This document shows positions 1-9,884 of a stretch of 64,000 bases of DNA, in pieces. Location of the stretch: contig JAEOUA010000008.1 of NCBI GenBank assembly GCA_016839555.1, positions 32,001 to 96,000 on the forward strand, written 5' to 3'. The notes below the pieces were generated by a model, which did no database searches, was not told where the DNA came from, and was given only the letters and a program-made list of their open reading frames with translations. The position numbers and the translations under genes are program-made. This stretch comes from Promethearchaeota archaeon. GTDB lineage: Archaea; Asgardarchaeota; Lokiarchaeia; Sigyniarchaeales; SOKP01. The first letter of the stretch is position 1, and the number at the start of each line of letters is the position of its first letter.

Positions 1-2
1 TT

Positions 3-563
3 CTTTTCCAGACAGGTGATTTACTATTTGAAGGGGGAATAATCAATACTGGCGCTATTGAAGAAAATACAGATTTATATGGTGCTAACGCATTCATTTC
101 TTTTATAATTGGCTTAGGAGTAATTGCTGGAGCACTTATTGGAGGATATATTGCTGATATTGTATCTAGAAAATGGTCTTTTTACTCTTCAATGATAGTT
201 ACAACAATTTCATTAATAATTTTTATAATTCCCGCACCGTATTTGATCTTACTAATATTTGCTTTTATTGCAGGCTCCACAAATGGATGGAGAAATAGTG
301 GATTCTCAGCTATTATAGGACAAGTTTCTCAGCTTTACCCAGAGGTGGATAGTACTTATTATGCCACATGCAATTCATTTGCAAATATAGGTTCCCAACT
401 CGGCTTAATTTCTATTAATATAATAATCACAATTTTAACTGGTTCTGGGATATACTTTACGTTTGCAATAATTTTCATCTTTTTAGGGCTAACTTCTAAT
501 ATTGGGATATTACCATTTCTATTCATAAAGCCAGAAGAATATGAACTGCCAGAAAAAGTGTAA
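3..563 (+). CDS. MFS transporter, C-terminal part (5' end outside window)
   Basis: Frame of ORF 192..563 is open from base 3; contains MFS motif-A-like GALIGGYIADIVSRK and several TM helices. Confidence 0.8.
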   Translation, partial: LFQTGDLLFEGGIINTGAIEENTDLYGANAFISFIIGLGVIAGALIGGYIADIVSRKWSFYSSMIVTTISLIIFIIPAPYLILLIFAFIAGSTNGWRNSGFSAIIGQVSQLYPEVDSTYYATCNSFANIGSQLGLISINIIITILTGSGIYFTFAIIFIFLGLTSNIGILPFLFIKPEEYELPEKV

Positions 564-778
564 AACTTATAAATTTCTTTTTTTTTTATTTAATTTAGTT
601 TATAGAGATTATTATGCTTTTTTTAGTAATAAATAAGAAAAGAAAGTAATGTTCTTCAAATAAGGTTTTATAAAGTTAAGAATAAAAACCAATTTTATTA
701 CTATTAACATAAGATTTTTATAGCTTTTTTAATAATTAACTTTACTTAATTCTAAATTCTAACTTAACGCAAACTAAT

Positions 779-1957
779 ATGAAAATAGATTACGCGAAAA
801 GATTAACTCGATTACCTAAATATATTTTTGCTCAAATAGAAGAATTGATAGCTGAAAAAAAAAGGGCTGGGGAAAGTTTAATAAAGCTTGGAATTGGAGA
901 TCCGGATTTAACAACACCAGAATTAATCGTAAATGAATTAATAGAGCAAGTAAAAGTACCAGAGAATCAAAATTATCCAACCTCTAAAGGAGAGACTTTT
1001 TATAGAGAGGGTATTGCTCGTTGGAATAAAGTTCGGTATGGCATCGATTTAGATCCTGAAACAGAAATATCTCATGTAATAGGGGGAAAAGAAGGAGTTG
1101 CCAATATTGCAAGAGCATTTATTGAACCGGGAGATATTGTTCTATGTCCAAATCCGGGATATCCCGTATATGAGAATGGCGCTACAAAACTATGCGATGG
1201 AGAGCCTTATTTAATGCCTTTAAAAAAAGAAAATAATTTTTTACCAGATATAGAAGCTATTGATTCAGATATTTTGATAAAAGCAAAAATGATGTATATA
1301 AACTATCCGAATAATCCTACAGGAGCTATTATCCCTAAATCATATTTAAAGAAATTAGTTGATTATGCCGAAGATTATAAATTTTTTATTGTTCATGATA
1401 ATCCTTATTCTGAATTCACTTTTGATGATTATATTGCACCAAGCATTTTACAAATAAGCCAGGAACACGTTGAAATCAATAGCGCCTCAAAAATGTTTAA
1501 TATGACTGGCTTTCGATGCGGTTGGATTGCAGGAAATGCTTATATTATTGAAGGCTTACGAAAAGTAAAATCTCAAATTGATTCTGGTGGACCAATTTTT
1601 ATTCAAAAAGCAGTAATCAAAGGTTTAAATGAATACAAATCAGAAAAAAAACCAGAGATCATCCAAAAAAATATGGATATCTATCAAAAAAGGCGAGATG
1701 TTTTAGTTAAAGGTTTAAATGATATAGGATGGAAAACAGATAAACCCCATGCCACCTTTTATATTTGGACCCAAATTCCAGAACAATATTGTAATTTGAC
1801 TTGTTTGGAATTTGTTAAAAAATTAATAAATGTGGGGGTAATATTAACGCCTGGAGTTGGTTTTGGAAAATATGGAGAAGGTTTTGTCAGATTTGCTTTA
1901 ACACAATCCGTTGAAACCATCAAAGAAGCGTTAAAAAGAATAGAGAAAATTCTTTAA
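779..1957 (+). CDS. PLP-dependent class I/II aminotransferase (LL-diaminopimelate aminotransferase-like)
   Basis: GIGDPD, NYPNNPTG, DNPY, SASKMFNMTGFRCG (PLP lysine), GEGFVRFAL; substrate not determinable from motifs. Confidence 0.85.
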   Translation: MKIDYAKRLTRLPKYIFAQIEELIAEKKRAGESLIKLGIGDPDLTTPELIVNELIEQVKVPENQNYPTSKGETFYREGIARWNKVRYGIDLDPETEISHVIGGKEGVANIARAFIEPGDIVLCPNPGYPVYENGATKLCDGEPYLMPLKKENNFLPDIEAIDSDILIKAKMMYINYPNNPTGAIIPKSYLKKLVDYAEDYKFFIVHDNPYSEFTFDDYIAPSILQISQEHVEINSASKMFNMTGFRCGWIAGNAYIIEGLRKVKSQIDSGGPIFIQKAVIKGLNEYKSEKKPEIIQKNMDIYQKRRDVLVKGLNDIGWKTDKPHATFYIWTQIPEQYCNLTCLEFVKKLINVGVILTPGVGFGKYGEGFVRFALTQSVETIKEALKRIEKIL

Positions 1958-2017
1958 TTTTTAAAATCATTTTTCAAAATTCTGTAAACATTTCAAAAAT
2001 ATATAATTATTTATATT

Positions 2018-2155
2018 TTACCACGCAATTTCTTCATAATTAATAAAGCACTCAGCAGGAAGAGCAAACCTTGTATGATCAAGAAGCATAGTCATATAGG
2101 TTTTTCCTTTACTTTTTTTGGACTTTAATATTGACCCTTGTTTTATTATAGCCAC
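2018..2155 (-). CDS. 45-aa microprotein MAIIKQGSILKSKKSKGKTYMTMLLDHTRFALPAECFINYEEIAW (not in ORF track)
   Basis: GTG start 9 nt after a strong SD (GGAGGT, 2170-2165); TAA stop; protein-like composition; no Val codon after the start. Confidence 0.65.
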   Translation of the reverse strand: MAIIKQGSILKSKKSKGKTYMTMLLDHTRFALPAECFINYEEIAW

Positions 2156-2207
2156 CTCTTTTTTACCTCCTTTTTATTTTTTTCTATTTATGATATGGCT
2201 GTTAAAC

Positions 2208-2317
2208 AAGAAAGCACCGATCCGATGACCTTTTTAGAAATAAAATATGATTATATTCCCAAGAGAACAATCCCGCAGATATTTCATAAAAAAAAGGTTA
2301 GTCGGAAATGCTCTCTT
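2208..2317 (-). promoter_or_regulatory. ~110-nt imperfect RNA hairpin in the leader of the 45-aa ORF (putative attenuator)
   Basis: Arms AAGAGAGCAUUUCCGACUAACCUUUUUUUUAUGAAAUAU / AUAUUUUAUUUCUAAAAAGGUCAUCGGAUCGGUGCUUUCUU; most deviations are G-U wobbles on the minus strand only. Confidence 0.7.
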
Positions 2318-2319
2318 CT

Positions 2320-2391
2320 TTATAATACTACCTCTAATACTACAACTACTGATAATGCTTTCCTATTAAAGGTAATATTATTCGAAATCAT
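2320..2391 (-). CDS. 23-aa Val-rich putative leader peptide MISNNITFNRKALSVVVVLEVVL
   Basis: ATG ~30 nt downstream of TTTAAATA; 6 Val in the last 9 codons; stop codon 2 nt before the hairpin. Confidence 0.6.
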   Translation of the reverse strand: MISNNITFNRKALSVVVVLEVVL

Positions 2392-2420
2392 AGTTATTAC
2401 TATAATTAATTAAGATATTC

Positions 2421-2428
2421 TATTTAAA
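2421..2428 (-). promoter_or_regulatory. TATA box for the leader-peptide transcript
   Basis: TTTAAATA on the minus strand, spaced for a near-leaderless start at 2391. Confidence 0.5.
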
Positions 2429-2553
2429 TCTTATGCTATAGAACATAGCGAATTATAAAAGTTTTCAGAATCCAATTAAATTTTAAAAATAGTAATAATG
2501 ATAAAATATATCGATATAATTTAAAAAATAAAATAAAAATGTAAATATTAACT

Positions 2554-3873
2554 ATGGAAAAGAAAATCGTTTTAATTGGAGCTGGTTCCACATCATTTGG
2601 TCCTTCAATGTTTTCAGATCTATATCAGAGTGAAGTTCTTAACGGTTCTACTGTAGTATTAAATGATATTGATAAAGAAAAATTAGATATTATTTATGAA
2701 TTACTCTCCATTGAAAATGAAAAAGCAAATAATAAATTTGAATTGCAAAAAACTCTAAATCGAAAAGAAGCTTTAAAAGATGCAGATTTCATAATTAGCT
2801 CGATTGAGGTTGGAGATAGAATGAAACTTTGGTGGCAAGATTACACTATACCTCGAGAATATGGTTCAACTCAGATTCTGGGTGAGTGTGGTGGTCCAGG
2901 TGGTACGTTTCATGCATTTAGAATCATTCCACCTATTATCGATATTGTAAAAGATGTCGAAAAAATATGCCCTAAAGCTTTTTTTATTAATTTTTCAAAC
3001 CCAATGTCTCGGGTTTGCTTAGCAATTAAGAGAGCAGTAGATATTAATTTTATTGGATTGTGTCATCAAATCCATTTCCTTGAAATTCATCTTCCTAGAA
3101 TGTTAAATATAAAACTGGAAAACCTTCGAATGACGGTTGCGGGCTTGAATCATTTTGGATTTCTTTTAGATCTTAAAGATTTAAGAACAAATAAATCTTT
3201 GATGCTTGAATTTAATGAAAAAGCGATGAATTATTTTAAAAAGTATGAAGATCCCTTTGAATTTTCCACGCTTACTTTTGAAGTTTATAAAAGATTTGGA
3301 TATTTCCCTCATCCAGGCGATAATCATCTCGGAGAATATTTGCAGTTTGGCGAGGAGTTCACTACCACTCAAGATATGATCAATTGGATAAATCGAACAG
3401 ATAAGTTTAATGTGGGGATTTATAAAAAAGTATTAAGATATCATAAGCGATTGAAGGAGGGAAGATATCCTCGAAAAGGAATGCTATATAAAGTCCCTTC
3501 TGGTGAGCGGGCAATTCCAATAATTGAGGCTATTATAAAAAATGAAAATTCTTATGAGCCTTCAGTTAATATCCCAAATAATGGACTGATTGAAAATTTA
3601 CCTCAAGATCTAGTTGTTGAGGTCCCTGTTAGAGTTAATAAGGAGGGGGTTAATGGAGTAAAATTGGGAAAAATTCCTAAAAATATTGCAGCACTTTTAC
3701 GTATTGAGGCAACAATTCAAGATTTATGTGTAGAGGCGATATTAAAGAAATCAAAAAAATTAGCAATCGCTTCTTTAGCAATAGATCTAAACGTTGGGAG
3801 TTTTGAAAGAGCAGAAAAGATTTATAGCAAAATGAGTGAAATTCAGAAAGGTTATTTACCTAATTTTAAGTAA
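2554..3873 (+). CDS. Family 4 glycoside hydrolase (NAD+/Mn2+-dependent alpha-galactosidase/glucosidase)
   Basis: KIVLIGAGS, GECGGPGG, NFSNP, GLCH, AGLNHF, HLGEY, VVEVP. Confidence 0.92.
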   Translation: MEKKIVLIGAGSTSFGPSMFSDLYQSEVLNGSTVVLNDIDKEKLDIIYELLSIENEKANNKFELQKTLNRKEALKDADFIISSIEVGDRMKLWWQDYTIPREYGSTQILGECGGPGGTFHAFRIIPPIIDIVKDVEKICPKAFFINFSNPMSRVCLAIKRAVDINFIGLCHQIHFLEIHLPRMLNIKLENLRMTVAGLNHFGFLLDLKDLRTNKSLMLEFNEKAMNYFKKYEDPFEFSTLTFEVYKRFGYFPHPGDNHLGEYLQFGEEFTTTQDMINWINRTDKFNVGIYKKVLRYHKRLKEGRYPRKGMLYKVPSGERAIPIIEAIIKNENSYEPSVNIPNNGLIENLPQDLVVEVPVRVNKEGVNGVKLGKIPKNIAALLRIEATIQDLCVEAILKKSKKLAIASLAIDLNVGSFERAEKIYSKMSEIQKGYLPNFK

Positions 3874-4077
3874 TTTTCTTATTTATCTCATAATCTTTTT
3901 ATTTTTTAACAGTTGTGGGTGTTATATTTTTACGATTTTTTTATTATAGAAAAAAGAATAATATTTTGAGAAAAAAGCGTTTTATTTAACGATAATTTTA
4001 AATATTAAAATATTGTCTAAAAGTATGTAGAAAGAGATAGAATAGCTTCATTTGATAAAAAAAGATCAGTTTTTATA

Positions 4078-7000
4078 ATGAGTGAAAGTAGGAATTTATA
4101 TAAAGCAATACTAGAGAATAAAAAGATATTTAAATACATTTTTGAAAAAAGTGGATTTGGAATTGCTATTTTAAATTCAGAGGGAAAATTTCTTCTAGAA
4201 AATAATTCTTTTCTAAAAATATTTAATCTTGCTAAATTGGCAGATTTTAATGATCAAAGATTTTTTAATGAAGTTATAGTCCCCAATATTGATAGGCAAA
4301 ATCTTTTTTTACAGGATAATTTAGTTTTTGAAAAAAAGATTAATTTACCTAATTTTTTTGACAATCCAGAATTATCTTCTAAAGAAAATCTCAAATACCT
4401 ACGAATTAAAATCTCTCCTATCATATTAAAACGAGAAAATCAACACTATATTATTGTTGAAATTGAAGATATAACTCGAGAAAAAGATATAGAAAAGGAG
4501 TTGAAATATAATGAAACAAGATTTAATGCTATTGCTGATAATGCAAAAGAAGCAATATTCATAATTGATGAAAATTTTAAATTAATTTATGCTAATAAAA
4601 ATGTAAGCAAAACTTTAGGATATCCTATCGTAGAAATTATTGGCGAAGATTTTCGAAAATTTTTAGATGAGGAGAACAAAGATTTAGTTATTAAAAAATA
4701 TAAAAGCAGACAAAAAGGTGAATGGGTTGAACCTCAATATGAATTTAAAGTAGTTACTAAAAATGGACAAAAAAGAACTATTGAAGTTACTGCTATTGCC
4801 ACAAAAGAATTAGGTGAGGGAATAAAAAGCATAGGTCAAGCAATAGATATCACAGATAAGAAGAAAACAGAACAGAGATTAGAGGAGTCAGAAGAAAGAT
4901 TCAATATTTTAGGAACCCCTCTAATGAGTATTATCATTTTGCAAGATCATAAGATAAAATACGCAAATAAACATTTCAGAGATGTGTTTGGATATTCAAA
5001 TAAGCAAGTTAGTAATTTGAGTCTAAAAGAATTTGTTAATAAAATCCATCCAGATGACAGGCAACTTATTTTGGATCAATTTAGTAAAAATGAAATTAGT
5101 GAATTAAATAATGGAAAAAATTATCAATTTAAGATATATAATAAAGATAATGACTTAATTTGGAAAGCAGCATACTTAAATAAAATAAAATATCAAGGAA
5201 AAGATGCTAAATTAATTACTTTAATTGATATAACAGACCAAAAGAAAACAGAAATAGCCTTAAAGGAATCTGAGAAAGAAAAAACCCTCATGGTAAATAG
5301 TATTTCGGAACATTTTATTTTTCAAGATCTTGATCATAATATTATTTTCGCAAATAAAGCCGCATCAGACTCCCTTTCACTTCCTAACGAAAAACTAATA
5401 GGACAAAAGTGTTATCAACTTTGGAATACTTTGAATGAACCTTGTATTGGTTGTCCCACAGAAAAAGCAATTAAGACTGGGAAAGTAGAACATAATGAAA
5501 TGATAACTCCAGACGGAAGATATTGGTTTATAAGAGGATTTCCCGTAAAGGATGATGATGAAAATCTCATTGGTGTAATTGAAATTACTAAGGATATCAC
5601 AGATACTAAAAGAGCTGAACAAGCTTTAAAGGATTCAGAACAAAAATTCAGAATTATTACGGAACAATCTTTTATGGGCATTGCTATAGCACAAGATCTT
5701 AAATTAAAATATACAAATAAGAGATTTTTGGAGATTATAGAATACAATTTAGAAGATATTTTAAATTGGGAGAAAGGGAGATTTTATGAACTTATTCATC
5801 CAGAGGATGCGAATCAGGTTATCCCTATATTTGAGAAAAAATACCGTGGAGAGATAGGAGCAATTAGAAATTTACAATTCCGGATTATTTCAAAACACGG
5901 TAAAATTGTGTGGGTAGAGATTTTTTCAAAAACGATTCCATACAAAGGAGGATGGGCTGATTTAATATCTATTATTGATATTACAAATCAAAAGGAAGTA
6001 GAGAAAGTATTAAGAGAATCTGAAGAAAAATTTAGAAGGATTGTTTATTCCATTCCAGATTTGTTTTTCTTAGTATCGAAGGATACCACCGTTTTAGATT
6101 ATAAATGTGAAAATGAGTTATTATTTATGCCACCAGAAGAGTTTATGAATAAAAAATTAAGTGAAATTTTACCAGAAGAACTTGCATTAAAAACTAAAGA
6201 ATCAGTTGAAAAAGCAATTAGTACAAGAACACAGCAAATAATGGAATATTCATTACCAATTAATTTTAAAATCCAATATTATGAGGCAAGATTTTTTCAT
6301 TATTCAGAGAACCAAGTAGCGATTTTTATAAGAAACATTAGCGGTCGTAAAAAAGCAGAGAAAATGATAAAAGAGGAAGTAGAACGATTAAAAGAATTAG
6401 ACCAAATGAGAAAGGATTTAATTTCAAGAGTTTCTCACGAATTAAAAACCCCAATAATGGCTATTAGTGGCGCTATTGAATATGTTATAGATTGCTATGA
6501 TAATAGTATTAATAAAGAAATAATTGAATTAATAAAAATGATAGAAAAGAATGAAAAACGATTAGAAAATTTGATTGAAAGTTTACTTGATATCAGCAGA
6601 ATGGAACATGATAAATTACAATTGAAAAAACAACAATGTGAGCTTAATGAGTTAATTATAAATAGTGTAAAAGAGTTAGAATATCTCCTTAAAGGCCGTA
6701 AATTAGTTTTAAATTTAGATTTCTCTAATGAAATTAATTTATATATTGATAAAATAAGAATAGAACAAGTAATTATTAATTTACTTTCAAACGCAATAAA
6801 AAATACTCCTCCCGAAGGAAAAATCATTATAAAGAGTGAGAAAAAAAATAATAATACTTTTGAGATCTCATTTTCTGATACTGGTATTGGGCTAACTGGA
6901 GAGGAGATGAATAAATTATTTACGCAATTCGGAAAAATTGAACGCTATGGAGAGGGGCTGGAATATCTTGATATTAGGGGGTCGGGCTTAGGATTGTATA

Positions 7001-7098
7001 TCTCAAGGCAAATTATACAACGCCATGGCGGCAAAATTTGGGTTGAATCAGAAGGGCGAAATAGAGGTAGTACCTTTATAATAGAATTACCTATTTAA
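4078..7098 (+). CDS. Cytoplasmic multi-PAS sensor histidine kinase
   Basis: About six PAS/PAC repeats (DIT..K..E..L.ESE); H-box VSHELKTP, N-box NLLSNAIK, DTGIG, GSGLGL. Confidence 0.93.
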   Translation: MSESRNLYKAILENKKIFKYIFEKSGFGIAILNSEGKFLLENNSFLKIFNLAKLADFNDQRFFNEVIVPNIDRQNLFLQDNLVFEKKINLPNFFDNPELSSKENLKYLRIKISPIILKRENQHYIIVEIEDITREKDIEKELKYNETRFNAIADNAKEAIFIIDENFKLIYANKNVSKTLGYPIVEIIGEDFRKFLDEENKDLVIKKYKSRQKGEWVEPQYEFKVVTKNGQKRTIEVTAIATKELGEGIKSIGQAIDITDKKKTEQRLEESEERFNILGTPLMSIIILQDHKIKYANKHFRDVFGYSNKQVSNLSLKEFVNKIHPDDRQLILDQFSKNEISELNNGKNYQFKIYNKDNDLIWKAAYLNKIKYQGKDAKLITLIDITDQKKTEIALKESEKEKTLMVNSISEHFIFQDLDHNIIFANKAASDSLSLPNEKLIGQKCYQLWNTLNEPCIGCPTEKAIKTGKVEHNEMITPDGRYWFIRGFPVKDDDENLIGVIEITKDITDTKRAEQALKDSEQKFRIITEQSFMGIAIAQDLKLKYTNKRFLEIIEYNLEDILNWEKGRFYELIHPEDANQVIPIFEKKYRGEIGAIRNLQFRIISKHGKIVWVEIFSKTIPYKGGWADLISIIDITNQKEVEKVLRESEEKFRRIVYSIPDLFFLVSKDTTVLDYKCENELLFMPPEEFMNKKLSEILPEELALKTKESVEKAISTRTQQIMEYSLPINFKIQYYEARFFHYSENQVAIFIRNISGRKKAEKMIKEEVERLKELDQMRKDLISRVSHELKTPIMAISGAIEYVIDCYDNSINKEIIELIKMIEKNEKRLENLIESLLDISRMEHDKLQLKKQQCELNELIINSVKELEYLLKGRKLVLNLDFSNEINLYIDKIRIEQVIINLLSNAIKNTPPEGKIIIKSEKKNNNTFEISFSDTGIGLTGEEMNKLFTQFGKIERYGEGLEYLDIRGSGLGLYISRQIIQRHGGKIWVESEGRNRGSTFIIELPI

Positions 7099-7150
7099 TT
7101 CTAAAGTTTTTAAAAAGTTAGTAATTTTACTTGAAAAAATAAGATTATAT

Positions 7151-7309
7151 TTAAAAATTCTCTTTTTTCCATTTTTCTAAATAATTTTTAAGAGTTTTTT
7201 TAGAAATACCTATAGATGTTTGATTATCTCTTTCCTTCTCAGATGATTCCTCTTTGTTAGAAGAATGATAGGATAATTCCCAATCATAATAAGATATAGC
7301 TCTAGACAT
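7151..7309 (-). CDS. 52-aa hypothetical microprotein MSRAISYYDWELSYHSSNKEESSEKERDNQTSIGISKKTLKNYLEKWKKENF (not in ORF track)
   Basis: ATG-TAA frame filling the gap downstream of polB2; protein-like composition. Confidence 0.5.
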   Translation of the reverse strand: MSRAISYYDWELSYHSSNKEESSEKERDNQTSIGISKKTLKNYLEKWKKENF

Positions 7310-7367
7310 ATTTATAAGATAACAATTAAAATTAATAAAGAGAAGGAGACTAACGGTTTACTAAAAC

Positions 7368-7383
7368 TATCACCTAGGTGATA
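7368..7383. promoter_or_regulatory. Perfect 16-bp palindrome TATCACCTAGGTGATA, candidate transcription-factor site
   Basis: Exact inverted repeat ~60 bp upstream of the 52-aa ORF. Confidence 0.45.
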
Positions 7384-7477
7384 TCTTAAAAATCTTAAAG
7401 AACTGAACACTTAAGCTATATTAGAAATATTATATCATAGGAAAATAATCATAGTAATCTCAAATTTCCAGTTATTT

Positions 7478-9883
7478 TCATAGAAAACACATTAAATCCT
7501 TCTGTGTGGAACACTCACTCGAAATATTTTCTAACAGATCATCAAGATCCTTAAATTTAAAAGGAAAAATATTTTCAAAGGCTCTTTTTAATAGTTCTAT
7601 ATATTTTTTTTTGTCATACCGATGGATATTCTTTTTGTAGAAATGTGAAAGAATGACTTTTTTTTGGGGAAAATCTGGATTTGCATCAGCATTTAGGATT
7701 ATATATCGTACGCTTTTACCGGGTGTCATAATAAGACCTGCTCTTTCTGCCTGCTTGGCAGCAACGGCTTGATAGGAATTTACCTTATATTGGGAAGGTT
7801 TACGAGATATTTTTTGATGAATGATTAGTTCTTCTTTTGAGAGATTGCCACTCTGAATTCTCTTTGCATATTTTACAAGCAATTGTTTTGCTTTTGGAAT
7901 TTTTTTCTTGAATTGTGTTACGGAAGTTACTATTTTAAATATATTAATAAAATCTTTTTGCGCTTTTTTAATGATAGTTGGTATATCTCTCCGGCGAAGC
8001 TCAATTCCACGGACTTTTATGGTCCCATCTGCTTTAATACCCCAATAGTGATTTAAGGTGGGCACCTCCGGTTCCGCTTGCGAGGGAAGAAATATTATAA
8101 TATTAAACAATCCTTCCCAACTCATAGGAATATTTGTTTCCTTACTAATTTCATCAGAAATTAACTTGGTAACATTTTTAAACTCCTTTACAGATCGTTT
8201 TTTAGCGTCTTGAAGCCAAAGAGAGTCTACAATCCCATGAATGACTCGGCAACCATGTCTTTTAGCTATCTCTGCAGCACGCATTAAGAATTCGCGAGCA
8301 AAAGCACAAACTGTTTGATGCGCTTCTATCTTCCCGAATCGAGCGTTTTTAAATCCTAAATATCCAAAACTAACGACCAAGACCCATTTAAGAGCAATAT
8401 CAGTAAACTTATAGCGAAGATCTCCAGTTTTTTTTACATACGCTTTACATTTAAGTCTTTTTTCTAATGGTAACCGAATTGATTTCGAAATGATTCCTTC
8501 TCGCTTCGAACAAATATGAAAATCCAACCCGGGCACCTTGATTCCTGTGCCATCAGATTCACAGCATTTGCAATTAAGTGTCTCCGACGAGATATTATAT
8601 TTTGACATTAACGAAGGATACATCGAGGAAAAATCTAATTCCGCAACTTGTTCAAATACACCAATTTTGGGCTCAAAAATATGACCTCCTCGATCACTTT
8701 TTATTAAATCCATTCCCGTAGAGAAGTCTTCAGGATTTTTTTTGAAAGGAGGGATCAAATGATCAAGTTTATATGCATTATAGAATTGGATTGACTGAAG
8801 TGCTCCGCCAATGGTGATTCGACATAATCTTTGCAAAGGTACACGTGAAATTCGTGCTACTTCAATTACTCCGGGGACATTACCTTCACTAAAATGTAGG
8901 CTTCCGTAAGTTGTCGTGTCGAGATGAAAACGACCCGTGAAATATACTTGAGTCTTTGAACGCCGCCTTATTATTCCATAGGACATATAATGATCTGCAC
9001 CCCCTGATAATTCGAAAATACAATATCTAAGAGGTGTTTTTGTTCTAGAAAAGTAAAATTCCTTTGAGATTTTGTGAACGGAAGCTCTTGCGGAAAGATA
9101 AGGAAAAATAAACTCGTCCCCTCCTTGAGTAAGAATGATATCTGGGTCAAGTTTTTCAATAACTTGGCTTATTTTTCTCAAGTTTTCAGCTTCATCTGCC
9201 ATATCAATTAAAATATGTTTTTTCTTTACAGCACCATCCGCACGAGGTACATTCCAGTTTCTATCATTTTCTATGATACTGATTACAGCATATGCCAGAG
9301 GTTCATTAAAATACGGTTTAATATCTTTTTGTTGCACCTTAATCTCTAACCATACTGCTTTTAAAGGGGGAAGGTCATAAAATAATTCTTCATTGCCATC
9401 TTTTAATTCCAAGCTAATTAATTTGGGGATGTTCTGTTTTTTAAGGTATTCTATGCTAAAATGACAGTAGGCGAATGGAAACAAATCATTTACGTAAAAA
9501 TACATTTGTGAAATTGGAAGATCCGTATTATAAAGTGTGAATAAGTCTAACTTTTTGATTTCCTCGATTGTCTTTTTGAATAATGAAGGATCGATGACGG
9601 ACACTCCAAATATCTTGGTCTTTTTATGATCTTCAAGGTTCACATATTTCTTACAAATTCTTACATTTCGCACGTTTGGATGATCCTTTAAGAGGGATTG
9701 CCCTCTCTTCAAATCATAGGCCATATGATTTCGAGGTACTGCAAAGAATTCCGGATAATAATCTTGAAACACTTCTATTATTTCTTTGTCGTTTGCTCTT
9801 TTTACCCATAAAACAACACCACCTTTTGTTGTAGAGACATCTAACAACCATCCCTCAAACTCAGTTTGTTCTTGCAAAGGCAC
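7478..9883 (-). CDS. polB2: Family B DNA polymerase, PolB2 clade
   Basis: DFSSMYPS, KWVLVVSFGYLG, altered motif C HGIVDSLW, VRGIELRRRD; degenerate exonuclease motifs; C-terminal PIP-like QKDLMCFL. Confidence 0.92.
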   Translation of the reverse strand: MPLQEQTEFEGWLLDVSTTKGGVVLWVKRANDKEIIEVFQDYYPEFFAVPRNHMAYDLKRGQSLLKDHPNVRNVRICKKYVNLEDHKKTKIFGVSVIDPSLFKKTIEEIKKLDLFTLYNTDLPISQMYFYVNDLFPFAYCHFSIEYLKKQNIPKLISLELKDGNEELFYDLPPLKAVWLEIKVQQKDIKPYFNEPLAYAVISIIENDRNWNVPRADGAVKKKHILIDMADEAENLRKISQVIEKLDPDIILTQGGDEFIFPYLSARASVHKISKEFYFSRTKTPLRYCIFELSGGADHYMSYGIIRRRSKTQVYFTGRFHLDTTTYGSLHFSEGNVPGVIEVARISRVPLQRLCRITIGGALQSIQFYNAYKLDHLIPPFKKNPEDFSTGMDLIKSDRGGHIFEPKIGVFEQVAELDFSSMYPSLMSKYNISSETLNCKCCESDGTGIKVPGLDFHICSKREGIISKSIRLPLEKRLKCKAYVKKTGDLRYKFTDIALKWVLVVSFGYLGFKNARFGKIEAHQTVCAFAREFLMRAAEIAKRHGCRVIHGIVDSLWLQDAKKRSVKEFKNVTKLISDEISKETNIPMSWEGLFNIIIFLPSQAEPEVPTLNHYWGIKADGTIKVRGIELRRRDIPTIIKKAQKDFINIFKIVTSVTQFKKKIPKAKQLLVKYAKRIQSGNLSKEELIIHQKISRKPSQYKVNSYQAVAAKQAERAGLIMTPGKSVRYIILNADANPDFPQKKVILSHFYKKNIHRYDKKKYIELLKRAFENIFPFKFKDLDDLLENISSECSTQKDLMCFL

Positions 9884-9884
9884 T

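Noticed and set aside
2221-2305. SECIS-like reading of the hairpin on the plus strand (AUGA...)
   Set aside because: No matching 3' GA for the quartet, wobble pairs favour the minus strand, and the adjacent gene has no in-frame TGA
2200-2340. Lysine riboswitch next to a DapL-like gene
   Set aside because: Only AGAGGU matches; the other conserved blocks are absent and the element is 3' of and antisense to the aminotransferase
2138-2413. Tracked 91-aa plus-strand ORF
   Set aside because: It is antisense to the leader peptide, hairpin and SD-led ORF; its Thr run is simply the complement of the Val codons
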